64,000 bases of DNA, from the NCBI GenBank assembly GCA_963750165.1, contig CAVVPN010000011.1:2048001-2112000 (forward strand), in the 5' to 3' direction. A program made the translations under genes and the position numbers. The notes under the pieces are model-generated. The model did not search any database, was not told the origin of the DNA, and worked only from the letters and a program-made list of their open reading frames with translations. This stretch comes from an uncultured Gemmataceae bacterium (lineage in GTDB: Bacteria; Planctomycetota; Planctomycetia; Gemmatales; Gemmataceae). The first letter of the stretch is position 1; the number at the start of each line of letters is the position of its first letter. Below, piece by piece: positions 43,601-58,600 of the stretch.

Positions 43601-46600
43601 TCTTCCTGGGCATACTGGGGGTAGGCCGCGTAAATCTCGGCCTTGAGCTGGTCGAAGGCGTGGTCGTGCAGTTGCTGGAGGCCGGGGTAGGTATCGACGT
43701 TGATCGTGAAGCCGGTGAAGCCGCCGGCCGGCTCGTCGATGAGGTAGCCCGAGGTGGCGTCGGTGCCGTTGATGTCGTTGACGGAATTGAGCGTCGCCCA
43801 GGGCAGGTTCTGCACGCCGCCGGTGGTCGGGCCGCCGGCCACGTTGGCTTCGAGGTTCACATACTCCAGGTTGTACAGGAACGAGTTGGTCCCCATCTCG
43901 GGGATGCCAACGACAAAATAGGTGTAGGGGGCGTCGATGTTGCCGAGGTTCTGCAGGGCGACGCTGTAGGTGCCAGTGTCTCCCGCGAAGATGTAGCGTG
44001 GGCCGCCGACGCCGATCGTCACCTCCGGCTCCACCGTCTGCGTCACCAGGAAGCGGTAGGGCATGATCGCCTGGTCGCCGTCCGGGTTCGTGACCGTCAC
44101 ATCGTACAGCCCGTGCGGGGCGCCGGTCAGGTCGAACTCGGCGATGATCTCGGTGGCGTTGACGACCTGATAGGTGACCGGCTCATACTCGGCGAAGCCG
44201 GGCCGTACCAGCTTGACGATGGCCTGGGAGTTGAAGCCGGCGCCGGTGATGGTCGTGGTCACGTACTGCGCGGCGCCGCCGGTGTCGGTCTGCACGTCGG
44301 TGATGGTCAGCGGCACCAGTTGTGCCTCTACCGTGATCGCCTCGCCCGGGTGCGGCATCATGAAGCCGTCGAGCAGGATGTAGTAGACCCCTGGCTGCGT
44401 GCTGGGGATGACAGCCGCCTGCAGGGCGCCGAGCGCCGCCGCTGGAGGCGTCGAAGAGCGTGGTCGTCGGCGCCACGCCGGCCGAGGCGAACAGCTGCAT
44501 GGTGGCCGTCGCGTCGCCGGCCGTGGCCGTCACCTTGAGCGTCTGGCCGGCCGGCACGTCCACCTGGAACAGCCGCTCCTGGCCGCTGTCCAGCGTCGTC
44601 GGCAGCGGCACGCCGAGCACCAGCGGCACCGCCGACAGGTTCACGACGCCGGGCGAGGCGCTGGTGCCGTTCGGCCGATTGGTCCCCTCGTAGACCTGGT
44701 CGAAGATGTCGGTGCGGACGATGACGTAGTACGCCCCCGGCGTCAGCGGCGGGACGTGGGCCGTCAGGGTTTCCGTGTACGACTGGCCCGGCAGGAGCGT
44801 GCCCGTGAACTGCATAGTCCCCACGAACGGGTCGCTGACGGCCCAGCTCGTCGTCGGAGAGAAATACACGGCGTCGGACCAGGTGCCGCTTGCCGGGTTC
44901 TGGCCGGTGTTGGTCACGGTCCAGGTAATGGTCGCCGGCTCACCGACCGTCGCCGCCTGCGGGATCGTGATCGACGAGACCTGCAGGGCGCTGGGCGGCG
45001 GGTAGTCGATGACCAGCGGCACGTCGCTGGGCCGATCATTGTTGACGTAGTTGCTCTCGACAAGGTCGCCCTGGGGGCGCTGCAGCGGCGGGTTGGTGAC
45101 GACGATGACGTAGAACGGCCCGGACAGGCCAGCCGGCAGAGTGAAGGTGTCCGTGACCGAGTAACTTTGGCTGGCGCCCAGGAAGCCGTTGCCGTTGTCG
45201 CCGTGATCCAGCGTGCCCAGGTAGAGGTCGGCCCGGATGTCAAGGTGCGTGTCGCGCGACAGGTAAACGACGTCCTGCCACTTCTCCTGGCCGGGCACGG
45301 TATCGCCGCCGGTGTTGGTGACCGTCCAGGAGACGTTGATCTGGCCGCCAACCGTGGCGTGCGTCGGCGCGGTCAGCGCAGTGACTTGCAGGTCGGGCGG
45401 CGGGGCCAGGACGACCGGCAGGTCGGCGATGGCCAGGTTGTTCCCTTCACCCTGGAACTCCGCGACGCTGCCGCGGGCCAGTTCGCGCGTTGCCTCGGAC
45501 ACCAGATCCCAGGGCGCCAGCGGGTTGGCCGAGTCGAAGACAATGGCGATCTGGTTGAAGCCAACATCGCTGAGGCGGCCGGTCGGGTCAGGCTTGGCCG
45601 CCTTGTCGGTGTAGACGATCAGGTGAAAGTCGCCATTGATGCTCTGCGGCAGCGTCACCATGACCGTCGCCGTGTACGACGCGCCCGGCTGCAGCACGCC
45701 GTTGTGGCCGAAGGCCGTCAGCTGGGTATCGTTCGGATCCAGCGAGTCGTCGTGAGAGAGGTAAATGCCGTCGGTCCAGGAGGAGACGCGCGTGGCGCGG
45801 TTGCCCTCGTTGGTGACCGTGTAGGTGACCGGGATGGTCTGGCCCGAGGTGGCGCCGGCCGGCACCTGCAGGTTCGTGATCTGCAGGTCGGCCTCGCGGT
45901 AGGTGATCTGCAGCGGCTGCTGGTAGCGGTTGTTGGTCGGGTTCTCGTAGGCCCAGTGGGTGAAGAACGAAACCAGGTCGCTGTTGTCGCCGGCATTCAC
46001 CGGCGCGTGGCTGAGCAGGTCGAGCGTCGGGTCGGCGTTGGCGGGCGCGCCCGGCCACCAGCCGGTCATCTCCTGGTACGCCTGGTAGGGGAAGAAGAGC
46101 GGCGACAGGTCGTTGTGGGCGTCGAGGTCGATCCACAGATAATACTGGCTGCCCGTCTCGCCGGTGCCCTGCGGCAGCGTCACCGTGGTGGTGACCACGT
46201 AACTGTCGCCCGGATTGAGCGGCCCCTGCCGCGGCGTGACGACCGAGCCCAGGTAGGAAGCACGGTCGCGGATGAACGTCGAGTCCGCCGTCAGCCACAG
46301 GAAATCAGTCCACGACTGCGTGCCCGACCACACCGGGTTGGTCCCGACGTTCGTGACCGTGTAGCTGAACGTCATCGACTCGCCGGAGTAGTTGACCGAC
46401 GGGATCGACACGTTGGTGATCTTCAGGTCCGCCGGCACGGCCGTTACAGCCGTCGCCTGGTAGCCGGTGTTGTTGGCGGTGGTTACTTCCTTGAGCGGCG
46501 TGAACTGCTGGGAGGGGTCGGGCGGCGGCGGTGAGAACCCGAAGAGACCCGCCAGGTTGGGGCCTGTCTGCGGCGCCGGCGACGAGTTGGCGATGACCAC

Positions 46601-49600
46601 CCAGTACAGACCCTGCGCCGACGGCGACAGCGTGACCGTGAGGCTGGCCGTGTAACTGGCGCCCTCGGCCAACGGGTCGCCGTGCTTGAGCTGTCCCAGG
46701 AAGAACGTGTTCGGGCTGGGATTGTTCGGGTCGAAATTGGGGTTGGGAATGTTGGAGAGGTAGACGCGATCCCCCCAGCCGCCCTGCAGCGCGTCGGCGA
46801 TGCCCTCATTCTTCACGGTCCAGTTGATCGTCACCTGGTTGCCGCCGGCGATCTGCGCCGGTCCCTGCACATTGGTGACGACCAGGTCCGGCAAGGCCCC
46901 CAGGACGATGATCGACTGGTTCTTGTAGTTGTCGTTGTTGATCTGGGTCGGGTCGTCGGGGTTGGTGTTCGTGGCCAGTTCGTCCTGCAAGACGACGCCA
47001 TACGGATCAACCCAGGGCGTGATGTAGTAAGTGCCCGAATCGAGCTGCGCGGGGATCGTGATGTTGACCGTCTGGTCATAGCCCGCGCGAACATCGAGGC
47101 TGCCCGTGTGCGGGACCGATGCGAGCAGCACATCCCCGTGATTGGGGTTGGGCCGGCCCAGCGTCTTCATCAGCCAGATTGTGTCGGTCCAGTTGTTGAC
47201 CAGCGTGGCGCCGGCGCCGAGGTTGGTGACGGTATAGGTCACCGGGATGGTCGCGCCGGCCGTCACCTGCGTCGGCACGATGACATCGCTGGTGACCAGG
47301 TCGGGCAGCGGCAGCGGGTTGACGTAGATCTGCTGGTAGACAAAATCGTGGGCCCCATTGGGCCACTGATCGACCTGATGGTTGTAGTCGGCATCGACGA
47401 TGATGTAGACGTTGCCGCGGAAGCGCTCCGGCACGATGAGGGGGCCGGCCGTGGACTGGTATTCCTGGCCCGGCTCGAGGGCGGACTGGTTGCCGACCTC
47501 GCCGATGAGCAGGGAGCCCGGGTCGATGGTGGTGTCCAGCGACAGGTAAACGCGATCCACCCAGTGCGGCACGTTGGTGGCGACCGTGCCCTGGTTGAGG
47601 ACATCGAACGTGACCGATAGCGCCGAGCCGGCCGGCACGCTGCTGGGGGCCTGGATGTTGACGACCTGCAGGTCGGGCCGCGGTTGGGCGCTGACGGCCA
47701 GCGGGCTCGGGGCCGCCGTCGTGTCATTGGTCACCGCAGTCGAGCCTGCCGGGCCCTCGTACACCGTGGGGTTGGGGTGCGAGTTGTCGGAGCCCACGTA
47801 GTCGGTCGTGACGAAGACCGTGTAGGCGTCGTTGATGTGCGCCGGCAGGGCGACCTGATACGTCCGGGTGTACGAGGTGCCTGGCGCTAGCGGGCCGTTG
47901 GTGGTGAACTGGCCCAGCTCGACGACGGGGGCGCTGCTGTTGCCCGCCTCCTGGAGATAGACGCGGTCCACCCAGGCGCCGTCGGCCTGGCCCTGGCCCT
48001 GGTTGGCAACGGTCCAGGTGACATCAATGGGCGTCCCCTCCGCGGCACTGGTCGGTGCCTGGACCGAAGTGACCACCAGGTCCGGCGTCGGCGGCTGCGT
48101 CACCGGCAGCGCGGCCGAGATGGTCGTGTCGTTGGTGCTGTAGATAAACTCGAACGGGCCGCCGGTGGTGACGACGACGTAGACGTTGCCGGTGATGCCG
48201 TTGGGCACAGCAATCTGTCCGGTGCGCTGATAGCTGCCGTTCACCGCCAGGAAGCCGAAGTGTTCAAACGATGTCAGCGTGCCGGGGATCTGGCCGGTGC
48301 CGTCCGGGTTGGTCGCCAGGTACACCGTATCGTTCCAGTCGCCGATGCTGGTGGTGCCGATGCCCTGGTTGGCGACGGTCCAGGTCACCGTCAGCGGCTG
48401 GCCGGCGTACGCCTGCGGCGGCACGACCACACTGGGGATAACCAGGTCGGCGTAGGGGGCCGGCATGACGTCGAAGAAGCCGGGCTTGGCCGCAACATTG
48501 TTGGCCTTGCGGCCGTACTCGAGTACCTGGTCGTCCGCGTCGGTGAAGACCAGCAAGTGATAATGGCCGGTGAACGCCGGCGGCAGATTGATCGTCTCGG
48601 TCTGACTGTAACTCGTGCCGGGGGCCAGCAGCCCGTTATGCACGTAGGTTCCGAGGACGACATCCTGGTTGCTGCCGGGCGTCGTGTTCGGCGACGCGAT
48701 GACCTCATCGACCCACTGGCTGACCCGTCCCGCCCCCTCGCCGATGTTGGACACGGTCCAGGACACGGTCACCGTTGCCGGGTCGGCGATGGTCTGGTCG
48801 GGGCCCTGCACGTTGCTGGCGGCCAGGTCCGGCTCCAGCGGCAGCGTCAGAGTGATGGGAACGCTGGCAGCGATGGTCGCGGCGTTGGCCGCCTCGGTGA
48901 TGGCCGACCCGCTGTCGGTCTGGACGATCAGGTAGTACGTGCCGGCCGTCTGTGTCTCGTTGAACGGCAGGTTGAACGTCACCGGGACCGATTGCGACGC
49001 GCCCGGCGCCAGCAGCGGCCGATTGCCGCCGCCATCGTAGGTCGCCACCAGCACGGCGCTGCTGTCGATGGACTGGGTCTTCGACAGGTAGACCGAATCG
49101 GTCCAGTTGGTGGGGACGGTCAACGTGCCGTTGTTGTGGACGACCCAGCTCAGGCTGAGGGGGTCGCCGAAGACTGCCGACGTTGCCGACGGCGAGAGCG
49201 TATCGACCACCAGCGCCGCCAGCGACAGGGTGAACGAGGCATGGAAGACATCGTTGATGGAATCGCCGTTGACGCCGTCCTGGTTCTGGTCCATCGCGTT
49301 GCCGGCCAGGTCGTAGACGGTGGGGCCGATGGCCAGGGTGTAAGTGCCGTTGGTGTTCTGCGCGGCGAAGGTGAAGCGATAGGTGTTGCCGCTGACCAGG
49401 AAGGGGTTGCCGACGCTGACCGCATGGCCCAGCGGGTCGGTCAGAGCAATGTCGGCGGGCGTGAAGGTGGCGGCGTTGATCGGTTTGCTGAAGGTGACAT
49501 CCACCGACGCGACCGTGTTGTTGAGCGTGCCGCTCGGCGTCTCGACGGTGATGTGCGCGCCGTGTTTGTCGATGGTCCATGATGCCTGGTAGGCCGTCGG

Positions 49601-52600
49601 CAGCGCGTTGCCCGACAGGTCGGTGATGCCGGTCCCCAGCGTGACGTTGTAGACGCCTTCGACCGACTGGCTCGGGATGTTGACCCGGAAAGTGCGCGGG
49701 TCGAGCTGAGTGACCGTGAAGGTGGCTGGGTCGAGTGTGCCGCCGGGCCCGCTGATGGTCACCTGGGCGCCCGTGAAGGTGTTGAGCGCGATCGGCTTGC
49801 TGAAGCCGACCTGGAACGAGGAAATGTTCTGGTTGGTCGGGCCAGTCGGGCTGAAGCTGGCGACCGCTGGCGGGGTGGTGTCCCGGAGGGTGACGGCGGC
49901 GCTGGCGGCAATGGGCGTGCCCCCTGCTCCCAGGGTGACGGCCCCGTTGGCGTCCGTCTCGACAATCACATAGTAACTGCCGGTGGGGTGGTTGCCGTCG
50001 TAGGGGAGGGTGAAGTTCAGCGACACGTTGTCCTGGGCGCCCGGGGCCAGCAACGGCCGGTTGCCGCCGCCGTTGTAGGTCGCCACCAGCAGCGCGCTGC
50101 CGTCGAGCGTCGCATGGCTGGACACAAAAACGTAATCGGTCCAGTTGGCCGGGACCGCGGCCGTGCCGGTGTTGTGGACGGCGTAGCTGAGCGTGTAAGA
50201 CTGGCCGAAGACTCCCGGCGCCGTCTGCGGCGTGATCGTGTCCACGACAAAGACCGGCAGCGCGACAGTGAACGAGGCGTGGAAGACATCATTGACGGGG
50301 TCGCCGTTGACGCCGTCCTGGTTCTGGTCCATGCTGTTGCCGGCCAGGTCGTAGACGGTGGGGCCGATGGCCAGGGTGTAGGTGCCGTTGGTGTTTTGCG
50401 CAGCGAAGGGGATGCGGTAGGTGTTGCTGCTGACCAGGAACGGCGTGCCGACGCTCACCGCGTGGCCGAGCGGGTCGGTCAGGGTGATGGTGCTGGGCGT
50501 GAAGGTGGCGGCGTTGATCGGTTTGCTGAACGTGACATCCACCGACGCGACCGTGTTGTTGAGCGTGCCGCTCGGCGTCTCGACGGTGATGTGGGCGCCG
50601 TGTTTGTCGATGGTCCATGATGCCTGGTAGGCCGTCGGCAGCGCGTTGCCCGACAGGTCGGTGATGCCGGTCCCCAGCGTGACGTTGTAGACGCCTTCGA
50701 CCGACTGGCTCGGGAAGGTCACACGGAACGTGCGGGCGTCGAGCTGCGTCACCTGGAACGTGGACGAGTCGAGCGTGCCGTTCGGCCCGGAGATGGTGAC
50801 CTGGCTCGGAGTGAATGAGATGCCCTGGATTGGCTTGCTGAAGCCGACCTGGAACGAGGCAATGTTCTGGTTGGTCGGACCCGTCGGGCTGAAGCTGGCC
50901 ACGGCCGGCGGCGTCGTATCCTGGATGGTCACGGCGCTGCTGGCCGCGACCCGGACGCCGTTGTCGGCCCGCGGCACGGCCGAGTAGGCGTCCGCCTCGA
51001 CGATCAGGTAATACGTGCCGGTCACCTGGTTGCCGTTGTAGGGCAACGTGAAATTGAGCGCGACGTTCTCCTGGCCGCCGGGCGCGAGCAGCGGCCGGTT
51101 ACCGCCGCCGTTGTAGGTCGCCACCAGCACCGCGCTGCTGTTGAGCGTCGCCTGGGTGGACAGGTAAATGAAGTCGGTGGTGTTGACGGGCACCGCGGCG
51201 TTGCCGGTGTTCTTGACGATGTAGCTGAGCGCATAGGGGCTGCCGAAGGTCCCCGGCGCTGCCTGCGGCGTGACCGAGCTTACGTTGAAGACCGCGGTGG
51301 GGGGCAGCGACAACGGCAGCACGGTGCTGACGCCGGTGTTGTTGTTCTCGTTGATCTCCGGTTGCTGGTTGTTGATGTCGGTCTGGACGATGAGGTAGTA
51401 GTTGCCCGGCACGACGCTGGTGTTGAACGGCAGCGTAACCTGCTCGGTCTGCGTGTAACTGGCGTTGGCCGCCAGCGGGCTGAAGGTGGCAGCGCTGAAG
51501 GTGCCCAGCAACACGCTGTTGCTGTTCAGCGTCGTGCTGTTCGACAAGTACACGCCGTCGCTCCACTGCTCGCGCCGGGTCGCTGCCGAGGTTCTTCACC
51601 GTCCAGCTGACGTTGATGGTGTCGCCGAAGTTGGCGCTGGACGGCCCGCTCACATTGGTGACGGTCAGGTCGGGGGACTGGAGGTTGATGGCGGCGGTAA
51701 AGGCGGCCGTCATCGGGTTGCCGGCAATGTCGGTGATGTTGGGGCCGACGAGCAGGGTGTAGGTGCCGGGGGCGGTCTGGCCGGTGAAGTGGATCACGAA
51801 GTTGCGGCCCGACCCGGTCACGCTGGTCACCTGGCTGGTCAGGACCACGCCGCCGGGCCCGATGAAGTTGGTGACATCGGCGGTGGTGAACGTCGTGGGA
51901 TCGATGTTTTCATTGAAGGTGATGCCGAGCTGGTTGAACGGCACCGAGGCCTGCAGGGCCGGCGTCTGCGCGACGACGACCGGGCCGGTCTGATCGATGA
52001 CGAAGCTGGACGAGTAGGCGGCGCTCGGCTGCCCCTGGAGGTCGGTGAAGGCGCCGGCGGCGAAGGAGTAGGCGTAGGTCGCCTCGACGTTTGGCACCGA
52101 CAGGCCGAAGACGACGGTGTGGCCGTCGGTCATCGTCACGCCCGTGACGGTGACGCCACTGCCGATGGTCAGATCGGCCGGCGACAGCAGGTCGGCGCGG
52201 ATCGCCGAGGAGAGCGTGACCGTGAGGGTCGTGGGGGGCGTCCTGGTCGGCTGGCCGTCGTAGGGGGTCGTGGCCACGACACTGGGGGCAGGCGTGTTGG
52301 TGGGGAGGGCGCCGGCGATGTTGAGCGTGTAGGCGCCGCCGGCGGTGTCGCGCACCGTGATATTGTCGAGGTCCTCGTCGGCAGTCTGGCCGCCGGTGCG
52401 GGCGCTGAAGGCAGCCCGGCCTTCGTATGGCGCCATCCCCGCCACGAAGTAGTTGTCGATCAGCGTGGCGGCCGGGCCGCCGTTGGGTGTGAGGGTGACG
52501 GTGACGTAGGAGCCGCCGACGCCGGCGGTGATGCGGATCTCGGCGTGGTCGAACTGGCCGTTGGCCAGGTCAAAGGCGGGGAAGAAGTTGCCCAGGATCT

Positions 52601-55600
52601 GGTTGTTGAAGTGCAGCGACACTTCGTTGTTGCTGTTGCCGTCGATGCTCCCGTTGTTGTAGATGTCGAAGCCGACGCCCAGCGAGCCGGGCAAACTCGG
52701 CTCCTCGCCGAAGCCCGGGACGTTCGCGCTGCCCGTGGTGCCGTAGTCGGCAGTGTTCAGCCACGCGAAGCCGAGGCCGTCGGCCTGGCCGCTGCTGGGC
52801 GTCATGCGGAAGTCGAAATCGACCACCGTGGTGGGCGCGGGGCCGACATGGGTGCGGTCGAAGGCGATGGTGTTCAGGCTGTAATACTGCGCGGGCGTGA
52901 GCCGCAGGAAATTGCCGGTCGGGCCGCCCGAGAGGATGGAACTGGCCGTGCCGCCGTTGTTCGCCAGGGTGTAGGGCGTGCCGCCGCCGTCGAAGTTCTG
53001 CGCGGTGTCGGCGGGGCCGACGGCCGTGCTCACGTCGGTGACCACAACCTTGTAGACGCCGGCGTCGCCGACCGGGATAGTGTAGCTCAGGAGGGCGTTG
53101 TAGCCATCGGCAGCGCCGCCGGTGTTGCTGGCGACGAGGTGGCCCGATGGGTCGTACAGGTCCAGGTGCGGCTGGACCTGGTTGACCGGCTCGCCGGGGC
53201 CGCTGCCGGGCGTCGTGGTGGTCAGCACCAATGCCTGGCCCGCACCGCCCTGCACGAGATACTGGTTGGTGTCGCCGCCTTCGCTGCTGAGGGCGCCGAG
53301 CACCTGGTTGTTGAGGCTGATGAGCTGCGGGCCGGCCGGCGCGATACTCGGCTCCAGGGCATAGTCGGCGCCGCGCGTCACCACGACCGTGTAGTTCGCG
53401 GCGGCGGCGCCCGTGATGCGAATCAGGTACGACTGGCCGGCGCCCACGAAGTCGTCAATGCGCTGGTTCCCGAGCGCATCGGTGGTGCCGAGGGCCAGGA
53501 CGTTGCCGTTGGCGTCCAGTAGCGCCAGTTGCGGCGTGACACCGGTCGTTTGCGACCGCAGCACCACACTGGCGGACTGGCCGCTGGCCAGGGTGAACGC
53601 ATACTCGTCGGTGTCGGTCGCACTCGCCAGGCTGCCCACCACCGCCAGCCGGTCGGCCCCGCCCTGCAGCGAGATCGCCGAGCCGTCGATCAACTGGGCG
53701 GTGGCCGGCGTATCATCGGACGGACCGCCGAAGCTCTCGGCTTCAACCGAGGCGTTGAGCGTCGCCGCGACGGTGTAGCCCCCGGACCCCGCCAGGCTGC
53801 TCACCTGAATCGTGTAGGTGCCCGCAGTGGCAACCTGAGCCGATTGCAAGAAAACGGTCTGTCCCGCCGCCGCACTCGCCGTACCCACGATGGAACCGTC
53901 GGGGGCGAGCACTTCGATCTGGCCGCTGAGGGACGGGTCGCTCCCGGCCAGGCGGATGGTGAGCGCCTGACCGGGGTCGAGGTTGAGCGTGTAGCTATCG
54001 ACATTGCCGGCGGCATGGAACCGCCCGGTGGCGGCGCCGGTGAAGACCTCCGAGCCGACCGGGGCGACAGGTTGCAGAGGCGTCGGGAACGGCGCAGTGA
54101 GGTCATCGACGGCGAAATCGACGAGGTAGTTGCCGCCGGTGAGCAGCAGCCCGCGCCGGTCGCGGAAGGCGGTCGCCGACGTCAACAGGGTCAGCGTGTA
54201 ATCGCTCTCGGCCAGGTTGCTGTAGGTGATCGTGGCGACGGTGTTGGTCGGGTCGAAGGTCAGTGAGTCGGGCAGGATGGTCTGGTTGGTGACATCGTTG
54301 GTCAACGGGGCGGCGGCGACGCCGAGACCGGTGGTCGCCATCTGCTTGCTGAAGGTCACGGTGTAGACGAGACTGCTCGTATGCACCTCGTCCCCCTCGG
54401 CGAGCGAACTGGAGACGACCTGTGGCGGCGTGAGGTCGGCATCGAAGGTCGCGGCGAACGCCTGAAGCGGCTGGCCCGACCAACTGGTGAGCACTCCCGC
54501 CCCGATGGCGGCGTGGTACAGGGCGTTGCCGTGGTTGGTGCCGGTGAGGTCGAACGTGAGCGTTTGCGGATCGACGACGGTGACTCCGGCAGCGGCCACA
54601 CCGTCGATGGTCAGGTCCGAGGCCGCCACGGTGCTCAGGAGCACCGGTTGCGACAGATGGATGGTGTAGGTGCTGGGGTAGACGCCAAGGAGAGCGTCGT
54701 CAGACGGTGTGACGGCGGTGGCGGTGAACGGCGCCTCCTGTCCGGTGTAGCCGGTCACCGTCAGGACGTATTCGCCGGGCGTGTCGTCGGCGATGACGCG
54801 CACGGTGTACGGGCCGCTCATCAGGGCGGTGTACACGAGGGAGGAGTTGCGGCCGTCGGCAGCGCTGTTGTCGTCCTGGGCGACCAGGGCGCCGGTCGGG
54901 TCGTACAGCTCGATGCGCGGGTCGAGCTGGTTGATCGGCCCCAGGGGCGTCTGGGTGTTGATGGTCAGCGTGTCGCCGGCGTTGGCCAGGACGCTGTAAT
55001 TGTTGGGCCCACCGCCGGCAGCCAGGGCGGTGTAATCGATGATGTTGTCCAGCAGGTTGTTGGCCTGGGGCTGCGGCGAGTGGAAGTTGGTCGTGGTCAT
55101 GCCGCCGAACATCACCAGGCCGGCGCCCCACTTCTCGTCGGCCAGGACGGTCTGGCCGACCTGATTCGTCAGCAGTGCCGTCAGGTTCGAGCCGCTGATC
55201 CAGGCGTGACTGAAGGAGTTGCCGGTGAACGTGGTGGTGATCGGCGTGAACGGCCCCTGGAAAATCGCCTGCGTCGGGTCAACCGCGGTCACGGTGGACC
55301 CGTAACTGGGGTAGTTGAGGGTGACATCGCCGAAGCCGAAGCTCATGCCACTGCCCTGATTGGGGGCGGAGTCGAGCAACAGGGAGTGGCCGGCGGCGAC
55401 CCAGGACTGCATCAGTGGCAGGTTGGCCTGGAGGAACGTCTGCAAGGCGTTGGCGTCGGCATCGCTGCCGTCGAGATAGACGAAGTCGTAACTGCTGGAG
55501 AACAGGACCGACGGATCCACCGTCTGGAAGCTCGAGCTGCTCCCAGTTGCTGGTCCCGAAGACGGCGTTCATCGCCGTCTCGTTGCTGCTGGAGCCCCAC

Positions 55601-58600
55601 GGATCGCCGGCACTGGAGGTGACATAGGCGGCGTGAACCCGGCTGACGTTGCCCCCGGCGCCGACGCCGCCCGTGTAGCCCAGCGCCACGCCTGTGCGGG
55701 TGATGTCTTGGGCCGTGCTCAACTCGCTGTTGGGCTGCTGGTCGAAGGCGGCGGCGCGGGTGACAATCAGGCTGTACGACGCGCCAGGGTCGTTGCTCAC
55801 GCGCGCGTAGTAGACGCCCGACATCTGCGGCACGAAGTCCGATACCGCCGCGGTCACGTTGCTGTTGTCGGGGGCGCCGTTGGCGAGGAGGTTGCCGGCA
55901 GAGTCGAACAACGACAGTTGCAGGCCAGCGCCGCCGGTCAGAGCCACGGTAGCCGCCTGCCCGGCGGCGAGCGTGAACTGGTAGTAAGTGTCGGTGGCCT
56001 GGGCTGCCGGCACACCGAGCAGCTGAATCTGCGAGACGGCGTAATTGTTGTCGCCGCCTGTCGCCAGGAAGCGCACTGCCGTCGTCGTCACGGGGGTGAA
56101 GGTGTGCCACTGCTGGCCGTCGCTGTAGGGGTAGTCGGGCCGGGAGATGAGTTCGTCATAAGGGATCTGGCTGCTCTCGGACGGCACGTCCCAGAGATCC
56201 TGCCACGTACCGTCCGCGGCGAGGTACTGGAGCTGATACGTGTCGGGGGAGTTGGCCTGGACGTTGGCCCCGCTGAGGACGTAGCTGCCACCCAGGTCGA
56301 TCTCCAGGGTCGGACTGGTGCCGTTCCACCAGACGCCGTCCTGCCAGTAGGCGCCGCGGTAGTACGGGAAGCCGTTGGTGATCGTCGTCAGGTCGCCGTT
56401 GAAGGCGCCGCTGTTGCCCACGTCGATGACGGTCGCGCCGAGGGCGACGTTGGTCGGGGCGGCAAAGGCACCGAGGACGGCCAGACGGTCGGCCGCGCCG
56501 GCCAGCGCGACGGACGAGTCGTCGAGGTTCTGGGCTGTGGCGAGGCTGCTGTCGGCCGCGCCGGGCACCAGGCCGGCTTCCTCGACGGCCGCGTTGAGCG
56601 TGAGGGCAACCTGGTAGCGGCCGGTGCCCGCCAGGCTGATGACGTCGATGGTGTACGTGCCGGTGGTGGCGGCCCCCAGCGTTTCCAGGACGACCGGTTG
56701 GCCGGCCGCCGCCGCGCTGGCGCTGCCGAGCAGGGAGCCTTCAGGGGAGACCAGCGCGAGGGTCGCCTGTTCCGACGGGTCGAGCGGGGTGAAGACGGCG
56801 GTGATGGTTTCTCCCGCATCCACGCTTAGCGTGTACGAATCAGTGTCGTCCACGTTGTTCAGCAGTCCGGGCGCCACCGTGTTGTAGATGAGCGAGCCGG
56901 CCGGCAGATTCGATTGCAGCGGCGTCGGGAAGGGTGTCGTGGTGGCGTCGGTGCTGAAATCGACGACGTAGTCGTTGGGGTAGCCGACGCCCGAGCCGTC
57001 GAGCGGATTCTCGGCCAGGTCGCGCCAGGCGGTGGTGGAACTGGGCAGGTCAAGTTCGTAGGTGCTCTCCGGCAGGTTGGCATAGGTGACGGTGGCCGAG
57101 TTGGTGGCGGGGTCGTAGACGAAGGAACTCGGCGTGTAACTGGTCCCACTGTAGGTGTCGGTGAGCAGCACGTCCTGGGGCCCCAGCCCGGTCGGGTCCA
57201 TCGCCTCGCTGAAGACAACGTGATAGGTCAGCGGCCCGGCGGGTACGACGTCGCCGTTCTGGATCGAGCTGCTGGCGACCGTCGGTAGGACCGTGTCGAT
57301 AATGAACGTCGAGGAGAACGCCGTCACCGGCTGCCCCGAAAGGCTGGTCAGCGCCCCGGCGGGGATGGTGACCGTGTAGGTGCCGTCGCTCGTGTCGAGG
57401 GCGCTGACATCGAACGACAGAGTGTCGGGGGCGACCTGGGTCACCGCCGCGGCGGGCACGCCGTTGACCAGCAGGTCGGAGGCGTCGATGCTGGTCTGCA
57501 GCAGCGGTCGCGAGAACTGGACCTGATACGTGGTCGGCACGATATTGAGGTCCGCGCCGGCGGCGGGGGTGGTGTTGCTGACCACGAAGGGGGCCGGCTG
57601 TCCGGTCGCGCCGCTGACCACGAGCGTGTAATCGCCGCCGACGCTGCCGGCAGCGCGGACGACGGCGCGGTACGTGCCGCCGGCGCCGTCCGGGACGGTG
57701 TAGCTCAACAGGGCGTTGCGGCCGTCGGGGGCGCTGTTGTCGTCGCTGGCGACCAGGGTGCCGTCAGGGGCGTACAGGTCCACGGCGGGGTCAAGGGCGT
57801 TCCCCGGCAAGCCGGGGGAGCTACCGGGCGTCGTGGTGCTCAGGACCAGGTTGTCGCCCGCGTTGGCGGTGAAGGTGTAGTCGTCCTGAAGGTCGTGGGC
57901 GCCGGCGGCCCAGGCCACGGCCTGCTGGAGCAGCTGGTCGGCGGGCCCCGAGCGCAGGTCGGTGGTGGTGTAGTTGGAACTGGCGGCGTAATCCGGCCCG
58001 AGGTAAACGCCGCGGCCGAAGCCCTCCGGGCCGACGACCACGGAAGGCACGCCGGCCGTGGTTCCCAGGACCGTCGCCCCTGGGACCACGGCCGGGGTGT
58101 GCTCGTCCAGCTCGATGTAGTCCTCGCTCACCGTGAACGTGGCGAGGCCAGCCGTGACCGGGTGCGTGGCGTCGGTGATCGTCACCTGGCCGTTGTACGT
58201 GGAGCCGCTGCCGCCGTTCGTGAGGTTGACGGGCAGCACGGCCTGAAGGTCGGCGAGCGTGGTGGTCGAGGCATCGGCAGCGCCCTGGAGGCCCCAGCCG
58301 GTGTCCACGACGCCGCCCCCCGCCGCAACCCACTGATGCAGCGCGGACGCGAAGCTGGCGTATTCGTCGCCGTTGTAGTAGCCGTTGTTGCCGATCACCA
58401 CAACGTCATAGGCGCCCAGTTCGGCCAGGGTGTTGACCTGCGCCGGCGTGACCTCGGTCGCCTGGAAGTTGCCGGAGGCGTTGAGCTGAGCGACGATGGC
58501 CTGATAGCCAGCGTCGTTGCCCGACGTGTTGGTGTCGGTATTCACCACGGCGACCCGCAACGGGCCGGCGTTGACCCCGCGCCCCAGCGAGCCCACGGCC

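Noticed and set aside
29903..55530. Operon of separate adhesin genes or programmed frameshifting
   Set aside because: Breaks fall mid-domain, downstream pieces lack leaders, and no shared slippery motif is seen at the junctions.
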